Of a DNA stretch of 64,000 nucleotides, positions 20,037 through 28,637 are shown piece by piece. The first letter of the stretch is position 1, and each line of letters starts with the position of its first letter. The translations under genes were made by a program, and so were the position numbers. Source of the stretch: a virus; IMG/VR virus record IMGVR_UViG_3300009103_000003, positions 32,001 through 96,000 of that record. One strand, 5' to 3'. Under the pieces are notes generated by a model that was given only the letters and a program-made list of their open reading frames with translations, searched no databases and was not told the DNA's origin.

Positions 20037-20160
20037 AACAGTTTCCTCCTTAAGGAAAAGTCTCAGTAGTGGCGGGGAATCCGTCACATCAGTTAGTTCG
20101 GAGAGGGAGATAATCCCTTCCTTCACTATTCTTATCCCCAAAAGAAGGGTCATTTTTGCA

Positions 20161-20502
20161 CTATTTTGGTGCTTTTAAATAGAACCCAAATCCGTGGATA
20201 TTACCGATTGGGATTCCCTTACTTCTTAGCCTCGCTATTGCAGATCTCACAGCCGGAACTTTTACACCTAGCCTTTTTGCTAGCTCGGTCGCCCCTATCG
20301 GATGTGGGTGACCAGAGCTATTTACGTGGTGGTGTTCGAGAAGTTCGTGAAGTATTTTAAGTAATAAGCCCTTAATGTACATTCCGGAACCATAAAGATC
20401 TCCGTGTGTATCTGATAAGGGGACACCGACATCGATGCGCACCACCCCAAGATTCTCGGAGAGGTGCTTTATAGTAATTTGTGGATTAGCTTTCTCATAC
20501 AA
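20161..20502 (-). CDS. Winged helix-turn-helix DNA-binding protein
   Basis: C-terminal PIGATELAKRLGVKVPAVRSAIARLRSKGIPI...GFGFYL matches the BirA/HTH_11-type wHTH pattern. Confidence 0.7.
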   Translation of the reverse strand: MYEKANPQITIKHLSENLGVVRIDVGVPLSDTHGDLYGSGMYIKGLLLKILHELLEHHHVNSSGHPHPIGATELAKRLGVKVPAVRSAIARLRSKGIPIGNIHGFGFYLKAPK

Positions 20503-20511
20503 GTAGCTACC

Positions 20512-20670
20512 TCATTTTGAAAGATTGTTAGCGTCTTCTGCTTCGCCTAAACAGAACCCACAGCAGGCCGCATGACAGTCTGCAAGTGGGTTATCATCTG
20601 GTGTATGGCGGTCTTCCCACTCATCTTCTGTGAATGGTTTGTCGCATACCCAACACAGGGTATCAGTCAT
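20512..20670 (-). CDS. Small Cys/His-rich protein (52 aa), possible zinc binder
   Basis: Start re-called to the ATG at 20670 with a GGAG SD, just after a terminator. Contains CWVC and CHAACCGFC. Confidence 0.6.
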   Translation of the reverse strand: MTDTLCWVCDKPFTEDEWEDRHTPDDNPLADCHAACCGFCLGEAEDANNLSK

Positions 20671-20684
20671 AATATCTCCGACAT

Positions 20685-20727
20685 AAAAAAAGAGCCCCCC
20701 ACACATCCGAAGATATGCAGGGGGCTC
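20685..20727 (-). terminator. Intrinsic terminator with a C-UUCG-G tetraloop
   Basis: On the minus strand: GAGCCCCCTGCATATC-TTCG-GATGTGTGGGGGGCTC followed by T7, downstream of the gene ending at 20754. Confidence 0.85.
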
Positions 20728-20753
20728 ATGAAGCCCGAAGGAGGGACGGGCGC

Positions 20754-21656
20754 TTACTCTAGGTCTAGATAAGCGTTTGGTTCTGGCACACCGGCCAGAT
20801 CCGCCTTTTCCTCGCCTTCCTCAAAAACAACAGAGTTCATGAGGAATAGCAGAGCATTTCCTAGCAGATTATTAGCTGCCGTTTGTTCTTCGCGAACAGC
20901 GACAATTTGATCGCTGAGTTGCTCAAAACCGTCTTTGATTCCATTGGCCAAACCGTCAGTGAAGGCCGTCATGTTGGTCACCTTGGTATTGAGTTCTTCA
21001 ACATTGGTGACAAGCAATTGGACCGTCTTTGTTAGTTCAGCAATCATTGCGTCGTTACTAGTTGAGGTAGTTACAGCCGCCTTGTTGGAAGATGTAGACT
21101 TCGAACCCATTTGGGCTTTCTTGATCTTTTTCTTCTCTGGCTTTGCTGGCTCTGCCTTTGCAACAGGTGCAGTATCCTCAGTAACCGATACGGGGTTCTT
21201 GCGAGGACGCCCGCGCTTACGCTTCGGGGCCTCAACAGCCTCAGTCTTCTCTGCCGCCTTCTTAGGTGCGGCCTTTTTGACTGGTTCAGCAACAACCTCT
21301 TCGGGTGTGTCGATAACAACATTTGCGGGTGGCCAGTTAGGCGCACTCTTCACGTTGCCCTGCACAAACGCCTGTAGTTTTTCGATGTAGGACATGACTC
21401 CGTCTCTGAAGGCTTCATTTCCCACAGCGGCCAAGTCCACCTCAATAAACGGACGGGGGTCTCGATCCCGATCTCCGTTCTTCTCATCGTCAGGCACTAC
21501 GGTGGCCCTGTCGTAGACCCAAGACACGAGAGTCTTAAAGTCCATTGTGTAGGCTTTGGCTGGTGCCAATTTCATTCCCACAATGGCCAACTTCCGTACT
21601 TCGGCTCTGTCCAAATTTTCGAACAACTTTTTAGAATATTTCGCTTTAGCGGCCAT
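20754..21656 (-). CDS. AT-hook-containing nucleoid-associated/DNA-binding protein (300 aa)
   Basis: AT-hook KRKRGRPRK within a histone H1-like K/A/P-rich linker (PVKKAAPKKAAEK). C-terminal heptad-like coiled coil. Confidence 0.6.
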   Translation of the reverse strand: MAAKAKYSKKLFENLDRAEVRKLAIVGMKLAPAKAYTMDFKTLVSWVYDRATVVPDDEKNGDRDRDPRPFIEVDLAAVGNEAFRDGVMSYIEKLQAFVQGNVKSAPNWPPANVVIDTPEEVVAEPVKKAAPKKAAEKTEAVEAPKRKRGRPRKNPVSVTEDTAPVAKAEPAKPEKKKIKKAQMGSKSTSSNKAAVTTSTSNDAMIAELTKTVQLLVTNVEELNTKVTNMTAFTDGLANGIKDGFEQLSDQIVAVREEQTAANNLLGNALLFLMNSVVFEEGEEKADLAGVPEPNAYLDLE

Positions 21657-21945
21657 TTCGGTCCTCCATAAGTTTCTGGTAGCAGAAAACTACTACTCCA
21701 TCTGTGTGGCCATAACAATTGCCATCACACGGCAAAGATAGCATATCTTTATGTTCCTTTATATATAGCATGATTTCATCACGCATGGGGTTAAAAGGGC
21801 TCTCAGGGACTTCATCGGTCTTATACGATAAAAGTGATTGAATTTGCTCGTTATTTGGCCCAATTGCAATACGTTTACCGTGGTCTTCCCAAGCCACCTG
21901 AAGAAGCTCTAATGGGGTTAGTTTATCTATTTGATTCATAAACAT
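21646..21945 (-). CDS. Hypothetical protein
   Basis: ORF overlapping both neighbours in a tightly packed operon. No recognised motif. Confidence 0.65.
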   Translation of the reverse strand: MFMNQIDKLTPLELLQVAWEDHGKRIAIGPNNEQIQSLLSYKTDEVPESPFNPMRDEIMLYIKEHKDMLSLPCDGNCYGHTDGVVVFCYQKLMEDRNGR

Positions 21946-22351
21946 GAACCTTTACTCCTGTAAATCCTAAAGCGGAACCGTCGTGTTTTTCTAACGTGAG
22001 CTTTAGAAAGCAGGAGTCGTCTACGCCGAGGCAATTTGAGAGGAGGTCTTCTATTACTTTTACTAAGTTTGAGACGTCCTTTCTCTTGTACTTTGTTTTC
22101 GCTTTTTTAGGCCAGCCCTTATTCACTAAAGCAGGTAAATAAAAGTCTAGATGTAACTCATATGGTGAATTTTGGTCTAGTGGCTTTGCATTGAAGTCTA
22201 TTTGTTTAGCTAGTTGCGCTGACGCTTTCGCCTTAAATTTCTTCATTTGGCTAGAAGGTCGTGGCCCACGTGTTGTGTATACATACATCTTATTTACCGA
22301 GGGAGGCAACAAGGAAATAGAAGCAGTGAAGACGGGACTACTTTTTGTCAC
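21923..22351 (-). CDS. rusA: RusA-family Holliday junction resolvase
   Basis: LPPSVN N-terminal motif and RKDVSNLVKVIEDLL...GVDDS, which matches the RusA D-x-x-N-x-x-K...D...DD pattern. Confidence 0.75.
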   Translation of the reverse strand: MTKSSPVFTASISLLPPSVNKMYVYTTRGPRPSSQMKKFKAKASAQLAKQIDFNAKPLDQNSPYELHLDFYLPALVNKGWPKKAKTKYKRKDVSNLVKVIEDLLSNCLGVDDSCFLKLTLEKHDGSALGFTGVKVHVYESNR

Positions 22352-22898
22352 GGTTCACCCGTTTATAGGAGCTACCCAATTGGGTTGCCACTATCTCCTT
22401 CTTAGGAGGATAAAACTCATTCGATGCCTCATCCTGGGTCCTATACCACAACTCTCTACCGATACGATCCATCGCTCGCTTGAACTTATCTCTCCGCTCC
22501 TGCTGCATAGCCAGCTTTGCCTTGAAGTAGGTGTAGTCCCGGAGAGCACCAACAACAGTCGGGTCTATGGACACTGCCGCCTTTCTAAGCTCAGCGTTCT
22601 TGAGAGATGTATCTGCGTGGGTTCGTAACGTCGCCTGCGCTTGGACTTGTTCGTACCTAGCCTTACTCACCATTACGAACCCAATATCGATTGCTATCTG
22701 GTCTGTAATGTAATCGTAAAAAGCTAGGAACTGATCGTACTGACTTTTTAACGCTGGAGCACCAAGCTCACTAATTGATCCTCGTATTTTTGGCTCTTTC
22801 CCTGGCGGATTAGTGTCAGGGTTGAACCCGGTTTTTCTGAGGTCTTCCTCTAGTGTAGTCCTTAGCTCCAGAAAAAGGTCTTTCTTCTTCTGGGTCAT
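22338..22898 (-). CDS. Helical/coiled-coil protein, possibly a UvsY-like recombination mediator
   Basis: Predominantly helical pattern next to RecA-like, nuclease and resolvase genes. The UvsY-like call is from context only. Confidence 0.35.
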   Translation of the reverse strand: MTQKKKDLFLELRTTLEEDLRKTGFNPDTNPPGKEPKIRGSISELGAPALKSQYDQFLAFYDYITDQIAIDIGFVMVSKARYEQVQAQATLRTHADTSLKNAELRKAAVSIDPTVVGALRDYTYFKAKLAMQQERRDKFKRAMDRIGRELWYRTQDEASNEFYPPKKEIVATQLGSSYKRVNRDKK

Positions 22899-22907
22899 AA
22901 GTTCCCC

Positions 22908-23606
22908 TTAATCAAGGTTAGGTTCGCATACGTGATAAAATTTACAGGACCGACAGGTCCACTTACTTATTTCTTGTGGTGGCGGGTCTTCTTTTTCTAC
23001 GCACGATTCGACGTAGCCCAGCACTGCTGCCACTTCCTCCCAGATCTCATTCGAGAATGCGATCTTGAATAGCCTCTGGGCTCCTGTAGCACGGTTCACA
23101 TACAGCAATTGCGTGCGCGGGATATCCAAACAAAACATATAGCAATGGATTTGCCAGATATGCTCAATCTTCGGCTGAACTAGGGTACGGTAGACTGACT
23201 CACCCACGGTCTTTATCTCTAAGACCCAATCTTCTTTTCTGAACACCCCGTCACAGTGACCATAAAGGTGTAGATCCGGAAACTCACAAGTGACTTCTTC
23301 TTCGAAGCCATCATAGTTGTTTAGGTACCCCTGAATCATTCCGTGAAGCGCGTGCCCCATATCGAAAATCATTCTGAGGTCCGCGCCCACCCTAGGCACT
23401 GGCTCCGCGCTAATGCGGTCATAGTACATCGCACGCTTGCAGCCCTTTACCGATGATGGGTGGTAATGCCCAACCCGCCTGCTCCAGGGCTTCTCATTTT
23501 CTTGCTCCAAAAGGTATTCAAACTCTTTTGCAACATTGAAGTTAATGTTGGTTTTTATATCTTCCCCACGGAGACATCGTATCGGCATATCTTCTTTGTC
23601 TTTCAT
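22908..23606 (-). CDS. Cas4-like PD-(D/E)xK exonuclease with an Fe-S cysteine set
   Basis: PSSVKGCKR (first Cys), GHCDG, VLEIKT, QIHCY and C-terminal CRSCKFYHVC. No CRISPR array or cas1/cas2 nearby. Confidence 0.85.
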   Translation of the reverse strand: MKDKEDMPIRCLRGEDIKTNINFNVAKEFEYLLEQENEKPWSRRVGHYHPSSVKGCKRAMYYDRISAEPVPRVGADLRMIFDMGHALHGMIQGYLNNYDGFEEEVTCEFPDLHLYGHCDGVFRKEDWVLEIKTVGESVYRTLVQPKIEHIWQIHCYMFCLDIPRTQLLYVNRATGAQRLFKIAFSNEIWEEVAAVLGYVESCVEKEDPPPQEISKWTCRSCKFYHVCEPNLD

Positions 23607-24364
23607 AGACCCCTCTTACTCACTTCCAAGAAGAAGTAGTAACTGATTAATGCGTAGGTTGAATTCGTTGTCTCAACCAAGGCGCAGTTATTAGCAATAA
23701 TCCAATCGACCAATCCGGTTCCTATGGAAAAAGACTTCTTGTTCTTGCAGTTTAATTCTTTTGTTTCATTTAGTTCTTCGAGAATCGCTTCTGTCAGTTC
23801 TTGTGCGGGGACGATTGCGACTTCTTGTTTATTACCGAGTTCGATAATATACACGGGCACCTTTCCCTGTTGGTATGCCTGCTTTGTAAGGAAATGCAGG
23901 TCTTTAATTACTACTGACTTTTTGGAGTGCTTTGTTGTCTTCGCCTCAATCAGAAGATCAGGCGTGACAATGTCCCGCTTGCTCCCCCAACGAGAACCAG
24001 AAGCAGGCTGTCTTTTACCGCCCACATCTTTCGCAATCCGCTCCTCTTGTTTCTTGCTTTTTTCGTGGTTGGTTAACACTGCTTTAGCCTCCAAGGTAAG
24101 GTTGTAGTACTTATCGTTATCAAAAATTTTGCTTGGAGATTTATCCCAGAGCATTTTGCCCAGAATCATTCTTACGAGTTCTAGATCCGCCTCATTTACG
24201 TAAGACAGGACCGCAAGCCCACTGTTGCTATGCGTGATGTTGTAGAGTCCTACCGTTTTTCCAACGTTCGGGGTTTTGTGCATACAAAGCCCTGGCAGAA
24301 ACGGTAAGCCCTCTACGGCATAGTTGGTGAACTTGGGTCCGATCTTTACGTAAATTTTAGCCAT
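23603..24364 (-). CDS. PD-(D/E)xK nuclease, Holliday-junction-resolvase-like, with an N-terminal extension
   Basis: QEERIAKDVGGKRQPASGS...RDIV....LIEAKTT matches the phage HJC-like pattern. Confidence 0.7.
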   Translation of the reverse strand: MAKIYVKIGPKFTNYAVEGLPFLPGLCMHKTPNVGKTVGLYNITHSNSGLAVLSYVNEADLELVRMILGKMLWDKSPSKIFDNDKYYNLTLEAKAVLTNHEKSKKQEERIAKDVGGKRQPASGSRWGSKRDIVTPDLLIEAKTTKHSKKSVVIKDLHFLTKQAYQQGKVPVYIIELGNKQEVAIVPAQELTEAILEELNETKELNCKNKKSFSIGTGLVDWIIANNCALVETTNSTYALISYYFFLEVSKRGL

Positions 24365-25415
24365 TATCCCCTGCTTCCAATAACACAGCAGCCCTTACTT
24401 CTTCACAGAGCGTGGGGGATTTTCTAAGCATTTCGACTACCCCGGCGATGCCGCCTTTGATTTTATCGTCGTAATCAAGAACATAGTAAACAGGCCCAGA
24501 GCTTTTTATTACACCTAATGACTTGGCGGTGTTCGCTAAGTCCTCAATGAGGTCAACGCCCTGATTAAACATAAAGGTGTAACCACCTTCAGCGCCCTCG
24601 GAAATGCCATGTTTGCCCTTGCTGATTTTCCATTTTATTTCCTTACCCACTTTTTGGCCACCGGTTTTAATGGTGCTTCCTGTGCGTAAGTGTAGGTCAA
24701 CGGCTTTGGCGTGCTTTAATGCAAACCCACCACCCTGTGAATACGGGAAGTATTTTGCGCTTCTTGCGTCGATGTTCGCCCTGACTGGGTTAATCATTAA
24801 GACACATGTTTTATTTGGCTCCCCGCTCTCATCAGGAGTCCTCATGGCGCTATAGAACTTCTGACAAAATGTAGACATCAAGGATGCCCAGGTCGCAATT
24901 TTAGCGTCCTCATGAAGCCCCTTCTTTACGTTGTCTTTTGTTTCACCAGAACCAAGCTCGTTGATAACCATTAGCTGGAACTTATTAGACCTAATAAGAT
25001 CTAACATAGCTGTTAAAAGCGACTCTGCTGGTTGCTCTAAGGCTTCCTCGCTACCGATATCGATAAACATGAGGTTGCCGACTTCCGGGTCAATCCCACA
25101 CATCTCCATGAAGGGGATGTCTGGCTTGTACCCAAAACTCATCCAAGCAACGTTAGCGCTATCACCATAATCTCGCTGTACTTGCGCAATGACTAGGTTG
25201 GATAGAAAATCCTTACCAGCCCCGTCTGGCCCAAACAGTTGGTGCATAGACCCCGCAGGGAAACCACCCTTCAGAGCCATGTCAAGGCTGAGAATTCCTG
25301 TCGGAAGTCTAGTCAAGAATGGCGCTGAGACCTCGGACATTTTGGAAATCTTAGCGGCCCCGCCAAGGCTTTTCTGAATGCCTTTTATTAATTTTGATAA
25401 ATCGTCTTTAGCCAT
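24357..25415 (-). CDS. recA: RecA/UvsX-like recombinase with non-canonical ATPase motifs
   Basis: PTGILSLDMALKGGFPAG, FGPDGAGKD, GGFALKHAKAVDL, YTFMFNQGVD...DL, and SGPVY match the RecA layout. Confidence 0.85.
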   Translation of the reverse strand: MAKDDLSKLIKGIQKSLGGAAKISKMSEVSAPFLTRLPTGILSLDMALKGGFPAGSMHQLFGPDGAGKDFLSNLVIAQVQRDYGDSANVAWMSFGYKPDIPFMEMCGIDPEVGNLMFIDIGSEEALEQPAESLLTAMLDLIRSNKFQLMVINELGSGETKDNVKKGLHEDAKIATWASLMSTFCQKFYSAMRTPDESGEPNKTCVLMINPVRANIDARSAKYFPYSQGGGFALKHAKAVDLHLRTGSTIKTGGQKVGKEIKWKISKGKHGISEGAEGGYTFMFNQGVDLIEDLANTAKSLGVIKSSGPVYYVLDYDDKIKGGIAGVVEMLRKSPTLCEEVRAAVLLEAGDNG

Positions 25416-25739
25416 TTACTCCTCCGATGGTGGGGCGTCTCGCAGTTCGATCAGTCTATCTATTTCCTCAATATCCTCTTCGAGCACACTCATATCGTCA
25501 CTGACGGTTTTGGCTCGATCAAACTCTGAATAGGCCATGTCGCTTAACCCATCGCTTGCATCGGATAAGTGCCGATATTCAATCTGAAGCTCTTGGAGCT
25601 TCCGGTTTTTTGAGGACCTCAGAACATCCAGAGCCTCACCAGAGGCCACCTTTTCCATGGCTTCAGTTTCATCTGACACCATTCCTGACATAATTAGGTC
25701 GTCTACCAAGGCTTTCGGTATTGCGTATTTTGTTTTCAT
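25416..25739 (-). CDS. Hypothetical acidic coiled-coil protein
   Basis: Start re-called to the ATG at 25739 (GGAGGG SD, overlapping the upstream stop). Confidence 0.65.
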   Translation of the reverse strand: MKTKYAIPKALVDDLIMSGMVSDETEAMEKVASGEALDVLRSSKNRKLQELQIEYRHLSDASDGLSDMAYSEFDRAKTVSDDMSVLEEDIEEIDRLIELRDAPPSEE

Positions 25740-25990
25740 TTGTTGCCCTCCTTCGAGCAAATCTTCTCTTTGTCTTTTTTAGACAATTTTTTGAAGCCTA
25801 TCTCGTATTTGAGGGCCTCTGATTTATTATCAAACTTTATGGTCATAGCCAAGGAAACCGGCCTTCGGCTTCGTGTATATTTAGCCCCACAAGCCCTAGT
25901 GTTGTGGTCTTCTATGCGTCTCTCTACGTTAGTTGTAATACCCGCATAGAGAGAGTTGTCAGAACATCTGACCGCATAGAAGAACCACAT
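25736..25990 (-). CDS. GIY-YIG nuclease family protein (UPF0213/YhbQ-like)
   Basis: WFFYAVRCSDNSLYAGITTNVERRIEDHN...GAKYTRSRRPV...ALKYE. Confidence 0.9.
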   Translation of the reverse strand: MWFFYAVRCSDNSLYAGITTNVERRIEDHNTRACGAKYTRSRRPVSLAMTIKFDNKSEALKYEIGFKKLSKKDKEKICSKEGNK

Positions 25991-25992
25991 AT

Positions 25993-26061
25993 CTAGTGGT
26001 GGTCCCTTAGATAAATAATTACTGCTGCTCCAACAAAGGCACCAATAGTAAATTCAAGCAT
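25993..26061 (-). CDS. Predicted 22-aa single-pass membrane microprotein (MLEFTIGAFVGAAVIIYLRDHH)
   Basis: Not in the ORF track. It fills the gap between two genes exactly and has a GGGGGAG SD before the ATG. Confidence 0.5.
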   Translation of the reverse strand: MLEFTIGAFVGAAVIIYLRDHH

Positions 26062-26069
26062 TGCTCCCC

Positions 26070-26588
26070 CTACTTCCTGGGTAGTGTGTTAGTGGTTGTG
26101 AACCTCGGCAGTCTTCTACTTTCATCAAATATTAGCAAGCATGAAGGCGCTGGCGCAGAGGCCGGTGCTCCCTCAAACCTGATCCTACCCTCGATTAGTC
26201 GGACCTCAGCGGCCTTCATAGCCCACCGATGCCACCACTTAGTATCAGACCTACAGAAGGTCAGAACCACCACTACAAGCCCATTGAGGGATTCCTCGTA
26301 AGCCTTTTGAATCCACTTACCAATGTCCCTTCCATACGGAGGGTTCAACCAAACCGCAGCACCAGTTGGGTCACAACCAGTTTCTACTATCACACTTCCC
26401 CAGGACTCTTTTAGGGAGTCTTGCTCGCTGGTGATATACAGAGCGCTTTTCGCATTGTTGGGGGAGGCAGCAGCATCCATGACAAAGAAGAACTCCTCAT
26501 TCAAGGCATCAAACAGCGCCTGTGGCGTTGCCCAATCCTGCCTATCAGAGGAGAAAAGTTGTTCTTCGTTCCAACTAGTTTTGCTCAT
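26070..26588 (-). CDS. Phage DNA N6-adenine methyltransferase (phage Dam-like family); specificity unknown
   Basis: DWATPQALFDAL, MDAAAS, WLNPPYG (motif IV NPPY), DTKWW, GRIRF, APAPS. Confidence 0.9.
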   Translation of the reverse strand: MSKTSWNEEQLFSSDRQDWATPQALFDALNEEFFFVMDAAASPNNAKSALYITSEQDSLKESWGSVIVETGCDPTGAAVWLNPPYGRDIGKWIQKAYEESLNGLVVVVLTFCRSDTKWWHRWAMKAAEVRLIEGRIRFEGAPASAPAPSCLLIFDESRRLPRFTTTNTLPRK

Positions 26589-26835
26589 TTTCTGGTTCCC
26601 AATTAAAGTAATACCTTGGGTGGTGCTGGAACTGCAACGTGCCTAGTTCTTGAGTGTCCTTTTTTGTAACCACAATAAAAGGAGCCAAGAAGCTTTGGAC
26701 AAGGAAGTCCTCCTGAAGTTCTTGAGTGTCCCACGTTTTACCGTAGCTACTTTCTAGACCTTCTCGATTTTGAGGATTTCCGTTTATTTTTTCTACGAGC
26801 GCTCTTCGAGCTTTTTCTGTTTTGTCTACTACCAT
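26575..26835 (-). CDS. Hypothetical protein
   Basis: Protein-like ORF (WDTQELQEDF.V.SFLAPF...GTLQFQHHPRYYF) within the operon. Confidence 0.7.
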   Translation of the reverse strand: MVVDKTEKARRALVEKINGNPQNREGLESSYGKTWDTQELQEDFLVQSFLAPFIVVTKKDTQELGTLQFQHHPRYYFNWEPENEQN

Positions 26836-27544
26836 TACTGTTTGCTCCTATCGCGGGGGCGGTTCTTGCTCTTTCTAATGCCACCCGAAGGATATCCTGG
26901 GGGCCAACAGAAATCGGCTTTGGTGGAGGGGGCGGTGGGCCCAACTCAATCTCATCTTTATCATTAATAAAGTACCCCCGAGAACGCCACACAGGCCCGA
27001 TGAGAGGCAGGTCGTCACACTTATGGTGCTCGTGCCAGTCCCTCTGTCGGGTCCGTTTGTGCATATCCTCGAACTGTTCTTCACCAAACTCTTGCTTGGC
27101 TTGGGCCATGTAGTCAGCCCAGTCCTTAGAGTAGTCCGTAACCGCTGGCTGTCTAAGCCCGATAGGGAAGTGCATCCCAGGAGCAAAAACATACATATGG
27201 TACTGGTTAGCGGTATCCACTAACGCGTACTGGGCGGGGTAGAGTTCCATGGCCCAACAAGCGGTTCCACACAACTCTGATTTAATTCTATAGAAGTCTC
27301 GCCAGTCACTCCACGGTTCTCGCGTGTTTAGCTTTAGCGATAACTCCACTAACGGAGGCCATCCCTCAGGAGATGGGTAGTCATAGACGTAGACTTGGCA
27401 CTTATCGTTGACCCAGGTTTCCGCAGTCTCAGCGCCTGTTGGTTTATATCCATTTACAATCGGCTTACCGGGCCAAAGTGGCTCCCAGTAATCATCTGAA
27501 ACAGTCTCATGGCCTAGGCAGGAATCCGCCTCATTCGCCTTCAA
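26747..27544 (-). CDS. Conserved phage hypothetical protein with a basic S/R/K-rich tail
   Basis: TTG start at 27544 with GGAGG 6 nt upstream. The core WRDFYRIKSELCG...MELYPA...LVDTANQYH resembles a recurrent phage family of unknown function. Confidence 0.65.
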   Translation of the reverse strand: MKANEADSCLGHETVSDDYWEPLWPGKPIVNGYKPTGAETAETWVNDKCQVYVYDYPSPEGWPPLVELSLKLNTREPWSDWRDFYRIKSELCGTACWAMELYPAQYALVDTANQYHMYVFAPGMHFPIGLRQPAVTDYSKDWADYMAQAKQEFGEEQFEDMHKRTRQRDWHEHHKCDDLPLIGPVWRSRGYFINDKDEIELGPPPPPPKPISVGPQDILRVALERARTAPAIGANSNGSRQNRKSSKSARRKNKRKSSKSRRSRK

Positions 27545-27758
27545 CTTTCGCCTCCGCAAGGTCAAGTCCGTTGGTTACGAAATTAAATGCTGCCACGACT
27601 TCTTCTTTATAGGGCGGTCTGCCCCATGTGTTTTGATACTCCTTAACGACCTTGTCCATAGCATCACCAAGGATGTCTGCGGGACCATCGCCGTTGTAGA
27701 GTTCTGTCTTTTGGAGGCTGATACCCCCACCATTATTTGAAATTGACCACCATCCCAT
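27531..27758 (-). CDS. Hypothetical protein
   Basis: GGAGG SD before the ATG; 75 aa in the operon. Confidence 0.7.
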   Translation of the reverse strand: MGWWSISNNGGGISLQKTELYNGDGPADILGDAMDKVVKEYQNTWGRPPYKEEVVAAFNFVTNGLDLAEAKVEGE

Positions 27759-27767
27759 GGGGTCCTC

Positions 27768-27953
27768 CTATTCTTCAGAGTCTAGTTGTTCTAAGGTTTG
27801 AATCTCGAAGTGGGAAACCTCTCCGGTAGATTCACACGTTACAGACGCCACAGTTTCCTCATGGCGTATTCTTTCTAATGCGTACACGAGGGCTTGCTTC
27901 GGGTTATTCGCCTTTAGCTCCTCCTCAATAATTATTCGGTAATGATGCTTCAT
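27768..27953 (-). CDS. Hypothetical protein
   Basis: ATGA overlap with the upstream gene; 61 aa. Confidence 0.6.
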   Translation of the reverse strand: MKHHYRIIIEEELKANNPKQALVYALERIRHEETVASVTCESTGEVSHFEIQTLEQLDSEE

Positions 27954-28510
27954 TGTTCGCCCTCTACGATGTTCACGATATGTTCAAATAGCAGTTTGCA
28001 ATGGGCTGCTTTATCAAACCGTCTACGAGGCCCCTGTGTGAAGAACTCTAGAGGCATTGTTTTTGTCACTAGAGCAGCCTGAGACGCGACGGCGTTTATG
28101 CTGTCTACGGTAGTTCCCAAACTTGGTTCTCTTGGGCTTATATATCTAGCGCATAATAGCCCTAGAACCTTCCAGAAACCCGCACGAAGATGCAATGCCT
28201 CCCGACGCAACTGCCCCCTCTCACGAGAAGGCTTGGTCATAAAACCAAAGTCGTCGCCCATGGCTTCAGCAAACCCATCGAGAAAACGACTGCACGCCAC
28301 TGTAAGGCGAGCAATATCTTCCTGGTTAGACGGGGGCGCAACCTCAAATATGTCACAGTCACCCACCCAGGATAGCTCTACGTAATGTCTAAGTGAGTTA
28401 CGTGTTACTATTCGCTTGGAGCGTCCGGTAATGGACGGGTGTTTTTCTACACCACCATTCTCGACAAGAATCGGTGAGGTCTCCAGAACATCCACAATTT
28501 CCTCAATCAT
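27950..28510 (-). CDS. Hypothetical protein
   Basis: Start re-called to the ATG at 28510, an ATGA overlap with the stop of the small zinc-ribbon gene. Confidence 0.65.
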   Translation of the reverse strand: MIEEIVDVLETSPILVENGGVEKHPSITGRSKRIVTRNSLRHYVELSWVGDCDIFEVAPPSNQEDIARLTVACSRFLDGFAEAMGDDFGFMTKPSRERGQLRREALHLRAGFWKVLGLLCARYISPREPSLGTTVDSINAVASQAALVTKTMPLEFFTQGPRRRFDKAAHCKLLFEHIVNIVEGEQ

Positions 28511-28635
28511 CCCTTCGACCATACTTCCCCGCATTCCCCTCGACAGACAAATTCTTCGTCAGTTTCTTCGAGAGTCCCGCAGTGACAGTTTGGGCATTCG
28601 TCTCCTGCTTCCATCAATTCGTCTCCTGCTTCCAT
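28507..28635 (-). CDS. 42-aa zinc-ribbon protein (MEAGDELMEAGDECPNCHCGTLEETDEEFVCRGECGEVWSKG)
   Basis: Not in the ORF track. TGATG coupling to the polymerase stop and ATGA coupling to the next gene. CPNC...CRGEC motif. Confidence 0.7.
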   Translation of the reverse strand: MEAGDELMEAGDECPNCHCGTLEETDEEFVCRGECGEVWSKG

Positions 28636-28637
28636 CA
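28596..28637. repeat. Perfect 21-bp tandem duplication (ATTCGTCTCCTGCTTCCATCA x2)
   Basis: Read directly at 28596-28616 and 28617-28637. Confidence 0.95.

Noticed and set aside
20037-20160. Possible tRNA or structured ncRNA in the 124-nt leader
   Set aside because: No cloverleaf, T-loop or CCA pattern and no convincing long stem by eye.
21200-21290. KKAA matches in the AT-hook protein as part of the KxA tag system
   Set aside because: They arise from H1-like K/A low complexity in a non-structural operon.
22908-23606. Cas4-like gene as evidence of a CRISPR-Cas system
   Set aside because: No repeat-spacer array and no cas1/cas2 in the window. Solo Cas4-like exonucleases are common in phage recombination modules.
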